This document shows positions 34,418 through 44,244 of a stretch of DNA of 56,995 bases, in pieces. The position numbers and the translations under genes are program-made. Position 1 is the stretch's first letter, and each line of letters begins with the position of its first letter. Under the pieces are notes generated by a model. It was not told the origin of the DNA and made no database searches. It worked only from the letters and a program-made list of their open reading frames with translations. This stretch comes from a virus (lineage: Duplodnaviria; Caudoviricetes). The stretch is from the IMG/VR virus record IMGVR_UViG_3300035703_000115, positions 1-56,995 of that record; one strand, given 5' to 3'.

Positions 34418-35223
34418 ACTTCTTCAAGCTCTACATCGGCGACTATCAGCGTGATACCGCACATCTTTCAGTCACTGAGCACGGCGCATATCTGCTGATG
34501 CTCCAGCACTACTACGCCACCGAAAAGCCGCTGCCCGTGGGCAGAGCCCTGCACCGGATGCTGCGCGCACAGGACAAGCACGAGCGGGACGCGATAGATG
34601 TGGTCGCCCAGCGGTTCTGGCGGACGACTGATGAGGGGCTCGTGAACGATAGGGCGGACGTTGAGATCGTCAAAGCGTCAGCGCAGCGTGAGACGAATTC
34701 GGCCATCGCAAGGACACGAGAGGCTAAACGAAAGACTCGCGAAATGGAGCACGAATCGTGTAACGAATCGTGTGACGAAGCGAGCACGAATCGTGCAACG
34801 AACGATCAACCTAACCAGACACCAGACACCAGACATAAACCCCCCTTACCCCCCAAGGGGGCTGACGACGAGGGCCAAACCCCGTCGGTGCCTTGCCCGT
34901 TTGAGACGATTGTTGGGCTGTACCACAACATCCTTCCTGAGCTTCCGGCCGTCAGGCTGATGACGGAAAAGCGAAAGCGAGCGATGCGCAAGTTCTGGGC
35001 TTGGGTGCTTTCGTCCAAACGGCTCGATGGCACTCGCAGAGCGGAGAGCGGCGACGAGGCGCTTGAGTGGCTTCGGACTTACTTTTCGACGGCGCGCCAA
35101 AACGACTGGCTCATGGGGCGGACAGCAAGGTCAGCGGAGCATCAGAACTGGGAATGCGATCTGGACTTTCTGCTGTCCGAGCGGGGGATGACAAAAGTGA
35201 TTGAGAAGACGAGGGCCGCATGA
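34414..35223 (+). CDS. Replication initiator, DUF1376/YdaU family
   Basis: YIGDYQRDTAHLSVTEHGAYLLML; C-terminal W.CDLDFLL; precedes DnaB. Confidence 0.85.
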   Translation: MNFFKLYIGDYQRDTAHLSVTEHGAYLLMLQHYYATEKPLPVGRALHRMLRAQDKHERDAIDVVAQRFWRTTDEGLVNDRADVEIVKASAQRETNSAIARTREAKRKTREMEHESCNESCDEASTNRATNDQPNQTPDTRHKPPLPPKGADDEGQTPSVPCPFETIVGLYHNILPELPAVRLMTEKRKRAMRKFWAWVLSSKRLDGTRRAESGDEALEWLRTYFSTARQNDWLMGRTARSAEHQNWECDLDFLLSERGMTKVIEKTRAA

Positions 35224-36581
35224 GCGCCATCCTGGAAATCCAAAACGCTGCGGCGGACACCTTCGTCCCTCCCTACAGCCTTGAGGCCGAGCAAAGCGTC
35301 CTCGGCTCCCTGCTGGTCGATCCGTCGAACTTCAACGGTGTTGCTTCGCTGGTCACCGAGGAATCTTTCTTCGTCGGTTCTCACCGGGCCATCTGGTCGG
35401 CCATCCAGGCCAAGTGCAATGCAGGGCAGGCGTGTGATCCGTTGACCGTCTTTGCCGCTTTGCAGGAGGCGGGCGCGGAAACGGGCGGTCTTCCCTACCT
35501 CACGCAGTTGGCCTCAAGCGTGTTCGGAGCAAGCCCTGTGCGTCATGCCGGGATCGTTCGGGAGCGGCACCTTCAACGTCAGATCATCGGCGCGGCTTAC
35601 AAGGCCATCGAAATCGCCCGAGAGCCTGGTGCGGTTGCGGAGAAGTTGGATCGCATCAGCGGAGCCTTCCAGGGCATCGAACGCACGCAGATGCGTAAGG
35701 TGCCGCGCCACATTTCCGAGTTGGTCATCCGCGCCATTGATCGCTACAACGACATGGCGGACGGCAAGGCCCCGAAGGCGTGGCCCACCGGCATTCAGCC
35801 GTTGGACAGGTTGCTCAACGGCGGCATTCGTCCGGGCAAGCTGTACGGGGTTGCCGCACGTCCGAGCGTTGGGAAGTCCTCCGCAGCTCGCTCGATGGCC
35901 GCGACTCTTGCTGCAGCCGGGGTCACCACGCTCATCCTGAGCCAAGAGATGCCGGTCGATGAGGTGGCAGATTGCCTTGTTGCCCAAGAGGGCAATCTGA
36001 GCGGCGCTCGGATTGCATCGGGAGAGTTTGAGCAAGAGGATTGGTCGCGAGTTGTGGACGCTGCGGAGGCCCTGCGGCCCATGAGCCTGTACGTTGACGA
36101 TGACGGTGGCCTGACCATCAACCAGATCGCGGCCAAGTGCCGGGATGTGAAAGGCTTGAAGGTCTTGGTGCTGGACTATCTGCAACTGAGCCAGTCAACC
36201 AACACCAAGGCCACGACCAACGACCAGATCGCGGAAATCTCCAAGGGGCTCAAGCGTCTTGCCTTGAACCTCGACATCGCCGTCATCGTCCTGAGCCAGT
36301 TGAATCGGGATGTCGAGAAGCGGGCCGACAAGGAGCCTGTGCTTGCTGACCTTCGGGACTCCGGGGCTATTGAGCAAGACCTTGATGTGGCCATCCTCTT
36401 GTGGACGGCTCAGATGCACGAGGACTCGCGCCTGGTTGGGTGGAAGGTCGCCAAGCACCGCGGCGGTCGCATTGGAACCTTTGGGATGCGTTTCACCCCG
36501 AGCGTGTATCGCTGGCACGAGAGCGCCGAAGACTTGCGTGCGCCTCCCGTGGCGTTCAAGCGCAAGGGAGACGGCCTGTGA
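35220..36581 (+). CDS. dnaB: DnaB-like replicative helicase
   Basis: EAEQSVLG, AARPSVGKS, LDYLQL, LSQLNR, DLRDSGAIEQD. Confidence 0.95.
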   Translation: MSAILEIQNAAADTFVPPYSLEAEQSVLGSLLVDPSNFNGVASLVTEESFFVGSHRAIWSAIQAKCNAGQACDPLTVFAALQEAGAETGGLPYLTQLASSVFGASPVRHAGIVRERHLQRQIIGAAYKAIEIAREPGAVAEKLDRISGAFQGIERTQMRKVPRHISELVIRAIDRYNDMADGKAPKAWPTGIQPLDRLLNGGIRPGKLYGVAARPSVGKSSAARSMAATLAAAGVTTLILSQEMPVDEVADCLVAQEGNLSGARIASGEFEQEDWSRVVDAAEALRPMSLYVDDDGGLTINQIAAKCRDVKGLKVLVLDYLQLSQSTNTKATTNDQIAEISKGLKRLALNLDIAVIVLSQLNRDVEKRADKEPVLADLRDSGAIEQDLDVAILLWTAQMHEDSRLVGWKVAKHRGGRIGTFGMRFTPSVYRWHESAEDLRAPPVAFKRKGDGL

Positions 36582-36718
36582 CGATCAATGAATTGATCCT
36601 CATGTGCGCCCGTCGAGTGATCGACAACCACCGCATCGGGCGAAAGGTTGGACAGGAACAACTGGCATGGGCGCGGGCCATTCTCACGCGCCACAACTCT
36701 ACTAGGGAGAGCAAATGA
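36578..36718 (+). CDS. Small hypothetical protein
   Basis: GTGA/ATGA coupling between dnaB and ssb. Confidence 0.5.
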   Translation: MTINELILMCARRVIDNHRIGRKVGQEQLAWARAILTRHNSTRESK

Positions 36719-37158
36719 ACTCATTGACCATCACCGGCAACCTTGGCAAAGACGCCGAGATGCGAAGCCTCAGCAACGGAGATCCCGTGCTGACCTTCAG
36801 CGTGGCCGACAGTCAGGGCAAGGAAAAGCCCGCGATCTGGTGGAACTGCAGCCTCTTTGGCAAGCGCGGCGAGAGCCTGTCGCAATACCTCACCAAGGGA
36901 CAGCAAGTCACGGTTGTGGGGACCGTCTCCGAGCGCGAGTACACCGACAAAAACGGCATGGCCCGCAAGGCGATGGACGTTCGCGTGTCTGACGTTGCGC
37001 TGCAGGGCGGTCGTCGCGAATCGGCAGACCCGGCGCCCGCGCCTGCGCCAGTTCGCAAGATGAGCAGCTTTCACCCCGACCACCCAGACAACCGCCAGCC
37101 CGCACAGAACAAGCCGGCGCCGTCCCTGGCCGACATGGAAGACGACATCCCGTTCTAG
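36715..37158 (+). CDS. ssb: Single-stranded DNA-binding protein
   Basis: GNLGKDAE, YLTKGQQV, C-terminal DDIPF. Confidence 0.95.
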   Translation: MNSLTITGNLGKDAEMRSLSNGDPVLTFSVADSQGKEKPAIWWNCSLFGKRGESLSQYLTKGQQVTVVGTVSEREYTDKNGMARKAMDVRVSDVALQGGRRESADPAPAPAPVRKMSSFHPDHPDNRQPAQNKPAPSLADMEDDIPF

Positions 37159-37179
37159 CGATTACTTGGACAAATCGCT

Positions 37180-37362
37180 GTGAAGTGCGTCATGTGCGGC
37201 AAGACCCTCAAGCGTGCAGCCCTGCTGCTAGGCACGGTGGCCATCGGCCCCAAGTGCGCGGCCAGGATGTTCACCAAGACCGGCCGCGCCCGCATGACGG
37301 TTCTGATCCGAAAGCAATCGCCCCAGACGAGTCCCGACCAAATGAGCCTGGAGTTCGCATGA
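37180..37362 (+). CDS. Small zinc-finger protein
   Basis: CVMCGKTL...IGPKC. Confidence 0.55.
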   Translation: MKCVMCGKTLKRAALLLGTVAIGPKCAARMFTKTGRARMTVLIRKQSPQTSPDQMSLEFA

Positions 37363-37772
37363 CCGACAAGCAAATCTTCTTCATGGCCCACGACGAGGCG
37401 CGGCGTCGGGCAATGGATGCCGTCAGCAAGGCCCCTGCAGGGTTCAAGGTGACGATTTCTCCGCCCACCCGCACCCTGGATGCCAACGCGGCCCTTTGGC
37501 GCATCCTGACGCTGTTTTCCGAGCAAATGCTGTGGCCGGTCAACGGCAACATGGTTCGGATGGAGCCCGAGGAGTGGAAGGCGGTACTGTCGGCGGGCTT
37601 TAGGCAGGAGCAGGCGCGGCTTGCGATGGGGCTGAACGGCGGGGTGGTGATGCTGGGCTTGCGCACGAGCAAGATGAGCAAGCGCGAGTTCTCGGAGTTC
37701 CTCGAGTTCCTGCACGCGGTGGCCGCCGACCGCGGCGTGGACCTGCAGGAGCGGGTGGAGGCGCACGCATGA
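37359..37772 (+). CDS. ninB: NinB/Orf-family recombination protein
   Basis: RTLDANAALW, EEWK, RTSKMSKREFSEFLE. Confidence 0.85.
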   Translation: MTDKQIFFMAHDEARRRAMDAVSKAPAGFKVTISPPTRTLDANAALWRILTLFSEQMLWPVNGNMVRMEPEEWKAVLSAGFRQEQARLAMGLNGGVVMLGLRTSKMSKREFSEFLEFLHAVAADRGVDLQERVEAHA

Positions 37773-38110
37773 TCCTCACGCTGCCCTGGCCACCCAAAGA
37801 CCTGAGCCCCAACGCCCGGGTGCATTGGTCGCGACTTGCCCGGGCCAAGAAAGCCTACCGGGCCGCATGCGCGTGGAGCGCCAAGGGGCAGGGTGCTGCC
37901 AAGAAGGACGCGCAAAGCCTGCAGGTGTCCCTGACCTTCCACCCGCCCACCCGGCGCGCCATCGACATCGACAACTGCCTGTCCCGGTTCAAGGCCGGCA
38001 TTGATGGTCTGGTGGATGTCCTGCAGGTTGACGACTCCCTGTGGCGCATCACGATTGCCAAGGCCGAGCCCGCCAAGGGCGGCAAGGTGGTGGTGGAGAT
38101 TGCGGCATGA
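37769..38110 (+). CDS. rusA: RusA-like Holliday junction resolvase
   Basis: LPWPP..LSPN, PPTRR..DIDN...DG...DD. Confidence 0.85.
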   Translation: MILTLPWPPKDLSPNARVHWSRLARAKKAYRAACAWSAKGQGAAKKDAQSLQVSLTFHPPTRRAIDIDNCLSRFKAGIDGLVDVLQVDDSLWRITIAKAEPAKGGKVVVEIAA

Positions 38111-38523
38111 AGCGCACCGGATTCAAGCGCCCGACTTACGAGGCACCCCCGGCGCCGCCCATCAGGCCCGTGCCGGCAGAACTCCGCGCCCGCATCACCA
38201 TGCCCCGGTGCGAGCAGACCGCCAAGCCTGAACCCAAGGAGGGTGCTTGGCGCAGCGAAGCCTACCGCCGCGAGATCGCCGGCATGCCCTGCAGCGCCTG
38301 TGGAGCCCCACCTCCAACCCAGGCCGCGCACGCCAACCACCGCGGCAAGGGCATGGGGATGAAGTGCAGCGACATCTTCTGCTTCCCCCTGTGCCCGCCT
38401 TGCCACGCCGAATTCGACCAAGGCAAGAACTACACCCGTGACCAGCGCCGCGCTCTGGCCGACGACTGGACCCTCAACGCCATCGCCAAGCTCGCCAACG
38501 CCGGAAGGATCAAACTCGCATGA
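38107..38523 (+). CDS. HNH-like nin-region protein (DUF968-like)
   Basis: RSEAY...PCSACG...AAHAN..KGMGMK.SD...PLCPPCH. Confidence 0.7.
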   Translation: MKRTGFKRPTYEAPPAPPIRPVPAELRARITMPRCEQTAKPEPKEGAWRSEAYRREIAGMPCSACGAPPPTQAAHANHRGKGMGMKCSDIFCFPLCPPCHAEFDQGKNYTRDQRRALADDWTLNAIAKLANAGRIKLA

Positions 38524-39044
38524 CCAAACTCCTCAACCGCTACGCCTCGGCCATCAACTCCGATGACCTCACGAGCAACCCCAAGACGGTCTGGTCGGAC
38601 TCCGATGTGGTCGGCGCTGCCGGCATCGCATCCCGGCACCACCCGATGGCCGCGGCCCTCACCCGGATGCTGCTGGGCGACAAGCGCGCGGCCAATGAGG
38701 TTGTGGAGGCTTTGGCCGAGGGTCTGGTGGGTTACGCCTGGAGGCAGGGGCGGCACCGCTTGCCCCGGCAGATCGCCACCGAGATCGCGCAGGCCACCCT
38801 CGCATGGCACCGATTCGGCACCTGCTCCCACTGCGACGGCACCGGCTACGCCAAGGTCAAGGACGCCCCGGTGCGGGTGAACCTGTGCGTGCCCTGCAAC
38901 GGGACTGGCCGCACCCACCTTGACCACCAGGTTGAACCGCAGCACCGGCAGTACGCCAACTGGGCCGCAGCAGAGATCGACCGCCGGATGCATGAGGCGG
39001 GACCGGCCGCCATGCGCTCGCTTGCGCCGCAGTTGGCCTTGTAG
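38520..39044 (+). CDS. Late antiterminator Q-like protein
   Basis: Last early-right gene; CSHCDGTG...CVPCNGTG zinc motif; followed by terminators. Confidence 0.65.
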   Translation: MTKLLNRYASAINSDDLTSNPKTVWSDSDVVGAAGIASRHHPMAAALTRMLLGDKRAANEVVEALAEGLVGYAWRQGRHRLPRQIATEIAQATLAWHRFGTCSHCDGTGYAKVKDAPVRVNLCVPCNGTGRTHLDHQVEPQHRQYANWAAAEIDRRMHEAGPAAMRSLAPQLAL

Positions 39045-39212
39045 ATCGCGCCCCAATGGTGGAAACCCGCCAAAAAACCCAACTCTGCCCGTTGATCAAC
39101 CGACCAGAACCTCAGAAAATGACACCGTCCCCGAGGAATCGGGCTACCCGCAACCACCAGGTTCGGGCCAAGTCGCCGTAACGTAACGGCCAAACTCACC
39201 CCAAAATTTTTG

Positions 39213-39242
39213 AACCCGCCCTGGAAACTCGGCGGGTTTTTC
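39213..39242 (+). terminator. Intrinsic terminator (tR'-like)
   Basis: AACCCGCC...GGCGGGTT followed by a T run. Confidence 0.75.
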
Positions 39243-39350
39243 GCTTTCGGGGGCGGTCAATCAACCCGCCAAGCGCTAACCCTGTGACCTGTCCCCCGAC
39301 CCAAACCTCTCCCGGGCCGTTACTCCCTCAAATCTCCGTCGGCCCGGTTC

Positions 39351-39376
39351 GCCCCCACTAGCGGGGCTTTTTTATT
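39351..39376 (+). terminator. Intrinsic terminator
   Basis: GCCCC...GGGGC followed by TTTTTTATT. Confidence 0.7.
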
Positions 39377-39533
39377 CCGCAAGCAGCGTGTGCGGCCAAC
39401 TGCTGCAGCCCTGCGATGTAGACCAGCGCGGCCACGACCTGAGCGCAAACCGCAGTTGCCGATTCCTGGCGCGGAACGCGGGCAGGCGCAGGGCAGACAG
39501 CCGGGAAAGACCGGCACCACCCGAGGACACCCC

Positions 39534-39791
39534 ATGAAGTGCATCTGCATCTGCATCGCTGACGACGGCACCTACACCGTCCACCCCGAGGAGTACGACG
39601 CTCCTCCCGAGGGAGCGCAGCAGTTCGCCTCCGAGGAGGAACTGATGGCCGCACTGCCTCAGATGCTCTCCTCTGACTCCATGCCCGATGACGGCGATGT
39701 GGAGATGGAAGGGGAGGCCGAAACCAAGGCCGCCATGAGCCAAGCCTTCGAGGGCGGGTTCAAGGGTGCGCGTGGGGGCTCGGGGTTCTGA
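39534..39791 (+). CDS. Hypothetical acidic protein
   Basis: SD GAGGA; first late gene. Confidence 0.6.
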   Translation: MKCICICIADDGTYTVHPEEYDAPPEGAQQFASEEELMAALPQMLSSDSMPDDGDVEMEGEAETKAAMSQAFEGGFKGARGGSGF

Positions 39792-39792
39792 G

Positions 39793-40269
39793 ATGACTGC
39801 CAGGGGCAAGGGGAAGAAGTCTGCGCTGGAGCAGCCGGCCAAGCCGGTGAAGGCAGGGCGCGAGGCGATTCCTGAAATCCTGGAGGCAATGACAAACGGC
39901 GCATCTGTGCGCTCTGAGTGCGAAAAGCGGGGAATTGCCATTGGGTCGTTCTTTCGCTGGGTTGGCGAGGACGAAGAACTCTCGGAGCAGTACACGCGCG
40001 CACGCGAGGCGCGGGCCGACCTTGCCTTCGAGGAGATGGACGACCTGAGCGACCAAGCCATGAGGGCCGAGAGTCAGGTCCAGGTCGCCGCGCTTCGTCT
40101 GGTGGCCGACAACCTGAAGTGGAAGCTGGCCAGGATGGCGCCCAAGAAGTACGGCGACAGGACGGCCTTGGACCACGGCGGCAGCGTGAATGTCACCCTG
40201 TTCGACGGCGAGCAGGCCCGCCGCATGGCCCAGCAGTTGATCCGAGACGATGAAGGCGACGGCCGCTGA
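39793..40269 (+). CDS. terS: Terminase small subunit (Sf6 gp1-like)
   Basis: GASVRS..., QYTRAREA, KWKLARMAPKKYGD; overlaps terL. Confidence 0.85.
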   Translation: MTARGKGKKSALEQPAKPVKAGREAIPEILEAMTNGASVRSECEKRGIAIGSFFRWVGEDEELSEQYTRAREARADLAFEEMDDLSDQAMRAESQVQVAALRLVADNLKWKLARMAPKKYGDRTALDHGGSVNVTLFDGEQARRMAQQLIRDDEGDGR

Positions 40270-41656
40270 ACTCGAAGCCCTGGCTGCAACGGCGGCCAGT
40301 CAGCGACTCCTGGCCTATGCCATTGGACTGAACCGAGAGTACAAGACCCCTCCGCACATCGAACTCCTGGCTGATGCGCTGGAGGCGGTGGAGCGGGGTG
40401 AAATCAAGCGGCTGATGGTGTTCATGCCGCCTCGCCACGGCAAGTCGAATCTGGCCAGCGAGATTTTCCCGGCGTGGTACTTGGGCCGAAAGCCTCACCA
40501 CCAAGTCATGTTCACGACCTACGGGCAAGACCTCGCGGACGGATTCGGGCGCAAGGTGCGCAACGCGGTTGCAGACCCCAGGCACACGCGGGCATTCCCG
40601 GGCAGTCTCTTGGCAGAAGATTCTCAATCTGCCAAGAGATTCAACACGGGCGCAGGCGGCGTGTACTACGCGGTCGGCGCGGGTGGCGCGGTTACTGGCC
40701 GGGGCGCGGACCTGCTGATCCTGGACGACCCGCTGAAGAACCGCGAGGAGGCGGATTCGCGCTTAATCCGGGACAAGCTCTGGGATTGGTACGCATCTAC
40801 CGCTTACACCCGCTTGATGCCCGGTGGCGCGGTGGTGCTCATTCAAACGCGCTGGCACGAGGATGACTTGGCCGGCCGACTCCTCAAGGGCGAGGAGAAC
40901 TGGAAGGTCATCAACCTCCCGGCCATTGCCGAGGAGAACGATCTTCTGGGGCGCAGTCCTGGTCGAGCCCTGTGGCCCGAGCAGTACGACATCCAGGCGC
41001 TTGAGAACATCCGCGGCACGATTGGCCAGCGAGAGTTCGCCGCCCTGTACCAGCAGCGGCCGGCTCCCCTGGAGGGCGCTCTGTTCAAGCGCGACTGGAT
41101 CAGGACGGGTCGCAGCCCTGGGGCTGGCGTTCGGATCGCAATGGGCGTTGACCTCGCTCTGAGCACCAAGGAGAGCGCCGACTACACAGCCATCGCTGTG
41201 ATGGCCAGGGACGAGTTCGGCAAGCTCTACGTCCTGGACGTGGTGCGCGAGCGGGTGGACTTCCCCAACGCTCTGCGCCTGATCCGCAACATGGCCGACA
41301 AGTGGAACCCCAGGGCCATCGCCATCGAGCAGGTGGCCTATCAGGCGGTGGTGGTGCAGGAGCTTCTGCGTCAGACCACGCTGCCCATCCGTGGCGTGCT
41401 GCCGGACAAGGACAAGGTAACGCGGGCGCAGCCCCTTGCCTTGCGCTATGAGCAGGGTCTTGTGCAGCACGCGCATGACCTGCCCGGGTGGTTCACCGAT
41501 GAACTGTTTGCTTTCCCCAACGGGCAGCACGACGACGCGGTGGATGCCCTGGTGTACGCCTATCAGCAGGTGATGAAGCTGAGCGTGGGGGGCGCATCGC
41601 TGCCCGATCCGCGCGAGGTGGCCTGGACGACTTTTGACCCTTCGATGGGAACCTGA
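40250..41656 (+). CDS. terL: Terminase large subunit
   Basis: MPPRHGKS, GRGADLLILDDP, QTRWHEDD, YQQRP, GVDLA, FPNGQHDDAVDA. Confidence 0.96.
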   Translation: MKATAAELEALAATAASQRLLAYAIGLNREYKTPPHIELLADALEAVERGEIKRLMVFMPPRHGKSNLASEIFPAWYLGRKPHHQVMFTTYGQDLADGFGRKVRNAVADPRHTRAFPGSLLAEDSQSAKRFNTGAGGVYYAVGAGGAVTGRGADLLILDDPLKNREEADSRLIRDKLWDWYASTAYTRLMPGGAVVLIQTRWHEDDLAGRLLKGEENWKVINLPAIAEENDLLGRSPGRALWPEQYDIQALENIRGTIGQREFAALYQQRPAPLEGALFKRDWIRTGRSPGAGVRIAMGVDLALSTKESADYTAIAVMARDEFGKLYVLDVVRERVDFPNALRLIRNMADKWNPRAIAIEQVAYQAVVVQELLRQTTLPIRGVLPDKDKVTRAQPLALRYEQGLVQHAHDLPGWFTDELFAFPNGQHDDAVDALVYAYQQVMKLSVGGASLPDPREVAWTTFDPSMGT

Positions 41657-41665
41657 GGAGATTGC

Positions 41666-42031
41666 ATGGCAACAAGAAACGCAACCGTGGACTATGAGGT
41701 GTCCGAGCGGTGGCACGCGCGGCTCATCCGCTGGGCCGGCCTGACGTTCACGACGCTGGACGATGGCGCTGCGGCTCAGTGGGTTGAGTTCGCTGACCGC
41801 TGCTTCCAGGTCACGGGCACCTTCGGCACGGGCGGCTCGCTCACGATTGAGGGCAGCAATGACGGGACAACCTGGCATCCGCTGTCCGATCCGCAGGGCA
41901 ACCCACTGACTTTCACCACGGGCCGGATCGAGCAAGCCCTGGAGTTGCCGCGCTTCGTTCGTCCGCGCGTGACAGCAGGCGACGCCACCACCAACCTCGT
42001 TGTGACTCTGATGATGCGGAGGGTCCAGTAA
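41666..42031 (+). CDS. Beta-sandwich hypothetical protein (possible virion decoration)
   Basis: QVTGTFG...IEGSNDG..W...RFVRP; SD GAGGAG. Confidence 0.6.
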   Translation: MATRNATVDYEVSERWHARLIRWAGLTFTTLDDGAAAQWVEFADRCFQVTGTFGTGGSLTIEGSNDGTTWHPLSDPQGNPLTFTTGRIEQALELPRFVRPRVTAGDATTNLVVTLMMRRVQ

Positions 42032-42573
42032 TGGCCACGAAGAAAGCAGCAATCGAGCAGGCCCCGTTCCTGGAGGCCGCCGACAACATCCGCCGACTGG
42101 CCAAGCAGTACGAAGGCTTCATGGTCGCGGCCGAGGCGCTGGAGAAGGTCGGCTCGGTAGACCAAGCCCTGCGCGAGCGTGAGGCTGCGCTGGATGCGGC
42201 CGAGAAGGAAACCGCCGAAGTCAAGGCCAAGCTGGACAAGGCCAAGGCCGCGCTCAAGGGCGCCGAGGCTGAAGCTGAGTCGCTGATTGCCGGCGCCACC
42301 CAGAAGGCCGAGCAGATGATCGAGGACGCCAAGACGCTGGCCAAGGAGGCCGCCGACAACATCGTGGCCAGGGCCAACGCCGATGTGGACAAGACCATCG
42401 ACCAGGGCAAGGCTGCGCTGCAAGAACTGCAGGCCAAGGCCAAGAAGGCCAAGGCTGATGCCGATGCCGCTCAGGCCAAGGCTGAGTCGCTGGGCGCCGA
42501 GATTCAGTCCAAGCAGGCCCAGCTTGATGCGCTGCAGGCCAGCCTGGATGCGCTCAAGGCAAAGCTCTCCTGA
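42031..42573 (+). CDS. Coiled-coil protein
   Basis: A/E/K-rich heptads; TAATG coupling. Confidence 0.7.
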   Translation: MATKKAAIEQAPFLEAADNIRRLAKQYEGFMVAAEALEKVGSVDQALREREAALDAAEKETAEVKAKLDKAKAALKGAEAEAESLIAGATQKAEQMIEDAKTLAKEAADNIVARANADVDKTIDQGKAALQELQAKAKKAKADADAAQAKAESLGAEIQSKQAQLDALQASLDALKAKLS

Positions 42574-42578
42574 CATAG

Positions 42579-43238
42579 ATGGCTGACAACACCACTCTCA
42601 ATCCTGCGCAGGTTGAGGGCGGGGATGTCATTGCGTCCGATGACGTCAATGGCGTCAAGTTCCAGCGGGTCAAGCTCACGCTCGGAGGTGACGGTCAGGA
42701 CCAGGGCGATGTTCACGCGGGCAACCGACTGCCGGTAGCGGTCCAGTTCCCTGCGACTCAGCAGGTGTCCGGTACGGTGGCCCTCGACGCGGCATCACTT
42801 GCCGCGCTTGAGACGGTCAACGCCAATGTGAGCGGGACGGTTGCGCTCGATGCGGCCACGCTTGCTGCGCTGGAGTCGGTAAACGCTGCTGTGACCGGCA
42901 CCGTTGCGGTGAACAACCTTCCTGCCGTTCAGGCCACGACCGACAGCACTGACACCGAGTATCTGCGGGTGGCAACGAGCGTGATGAACGCAGGCGACAC
43001 CACCTTGGTCACGCCCGCAGCAGGCAAGCGCATCAGGCTCCAGTGGGTCTACGCGGTCAATGATCCGGTGGCGTCAAGCAGCACGCTTATCACGATCAAG
43101 TTGGGCACGTCTGTTCAATATGTTGCGTGGGCCATCAGCAAGCGGCAGCAACTCACGGGGCCGGTCGATGGTGCGCTGATCGTCAACCTCTCCGCTCCCG
43201 GCAATGTGGCCGTGACGGTGTTCTATCAGGAGGTGTGA
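42579..43238 (+). CDS. Hypothetical structural-type protein with an internal repeat
   Basis: VSGTVALDAA.LAALE.VNA occurs twice. Confidence 0.6.
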   Translation: MADNTTLNPAQVEGGDVIASDDVNGVKFQRVKLTLGGDGQDQGDVHAGNRLPVAVQFPATQQVSGTVALDAASLAALETVNANVSGTVALDAATLAALESVNAAVTGTVAVNNLPAVQATTDSTDTEYLRVATSVMNAGDTTLVTPAAGKRIRLQWVYAVNDPVASSSTLITIKLGTSVQYVAWAISKRQQLTGPVDGALIVNLSAPGNVAVTVFYQEV

Positions 43239-43426
43239 TGGCACCAGATGGGTTTGAGCCGAACGTGGTTGCAGTGCCGATCAACTCCAAGGGCGAGTTG
43301 GCAAGGGTCGTCATCCGCAAGGGTGATGGGCGTGTTTACGACCTTGGCAAGCCAGGAACATTGATGTTCAAGGTGCGCCTTTGGAATTACAAGCGATTGA
43401 TGAAAAAGGGGGTCAGCCGTGGGTAG
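43238..43426 (+). CDS. Small protein, likely the N-terminal part of a gene split by the HNH
   Basis: TGATG coupling; VVIRKGDGRVYDLG motif. Confidence 0.5.
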   Translation: MAPDGFEPNVVAVPINSKGELARVVIRKGDGRVYDLGKPGTLMFKVRLWNYKRLMKKGVSRG

Positions 43427-43868
43427 ACCCGTTATCGGCTATGAAGCCAACCTACGGTCTAAGTTCACTCAGGGTGATGAAGGCGCTTGCTGGGTGTGGG
43501 CGGGCTATAAGCCGGAAACTCACTACGCCAACTTCATTTTCAAAGTGGACGGCAGGTCTAAATCAAAGACCGCTCACCGCGCGGTCTACGAGTTGCTGAT
43601 TGCGCCAATACCGGATGGGATGGTGTTAGACCATCTCTGCAAAAACATTCACTGCGTGAACCCGGCGCATCTTGAGCCTGTCACTCAAAAAGAAAACTTG
43701 CGCCGGAGCGACAACTACATTGGGAAAAACGCTCGTAAGACTCACTGCGTAAATGGACATGAGTTCACGCCAGAGAACATTTATCACCCGCCTAAAAAGC
43801 CAACACACCGTTATTGCAGGGCGTGTGCAAATGCGCGGGCAAAGCAATACGCAAACTTAAGGGGTTAA
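43419..43868 (+). mobile_element. HNH homing endonuclease (free-standing)
   Basis: CWVWAG, AHRAVY, LDHLCKN..CVNPAHLEPVTQKEN, KTHCVNGHEF; AT-rich relative to the flanks. Confidence 0.9.
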
Positions 43869-43869
43869 C

Positions 43870-44241
43870 ATGGATGTCGTAACCAACGTAGGCCGAGCGC
43901 AAGCGGCGGGCTATCTATCCAACACCGTCACCCAGATTGCCACCTATCACGGCAATGTAGGCACGGGTGCGGGCACTGCGGCAGTGGGGGATACCACGCT
44001 GTTCACTGAAACCGGCACTGCTCGCATTGCCATCACGCCCACTCGCGTGACTCGGGCGTTCACCAACGACACGGCTCAGTATGTGTTCACCTACACCGCC
44101 ACGGGGCCGATCAACGTGACCAATGCGGGGTACTTCACCGCAGCCACTGGCGGCGTGCTGATGCAGAAGTCGGACTTCGCCACGATTCCGCTACAGGCCA
44201 CGGACTCCATTGAGTTCACGTTTCAGAATATGCAAACCTAA
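43870..44241 (+). CDS. Phage structural-type protein (VVTNxG...GTG...DTTL...NAG family)
   Basis: Motifs of tail-collar/baseplate-like beta proteins; begins 1 nt after the HNH stop. Confidence 0.6.
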   Translation: MDVVTNVGRAQAAGYLSNTVTQIATYHGNVGTGAGTAAVGDTTLFTETGTARIAITPTRVTRAFTNDTAQYVFTYTATGPINVTNAGYFTAATGGVLMQKSDFATIPLQATDSIEFTFQNMQT

Positions 44242-44244
44242 GAG

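Noticed and set aside
39092-39120. Late promoter pR' (TTGATC-N17-GAAAAT)
   Set aside because: The position is plausible but the match is too weak to call from sequence alone.
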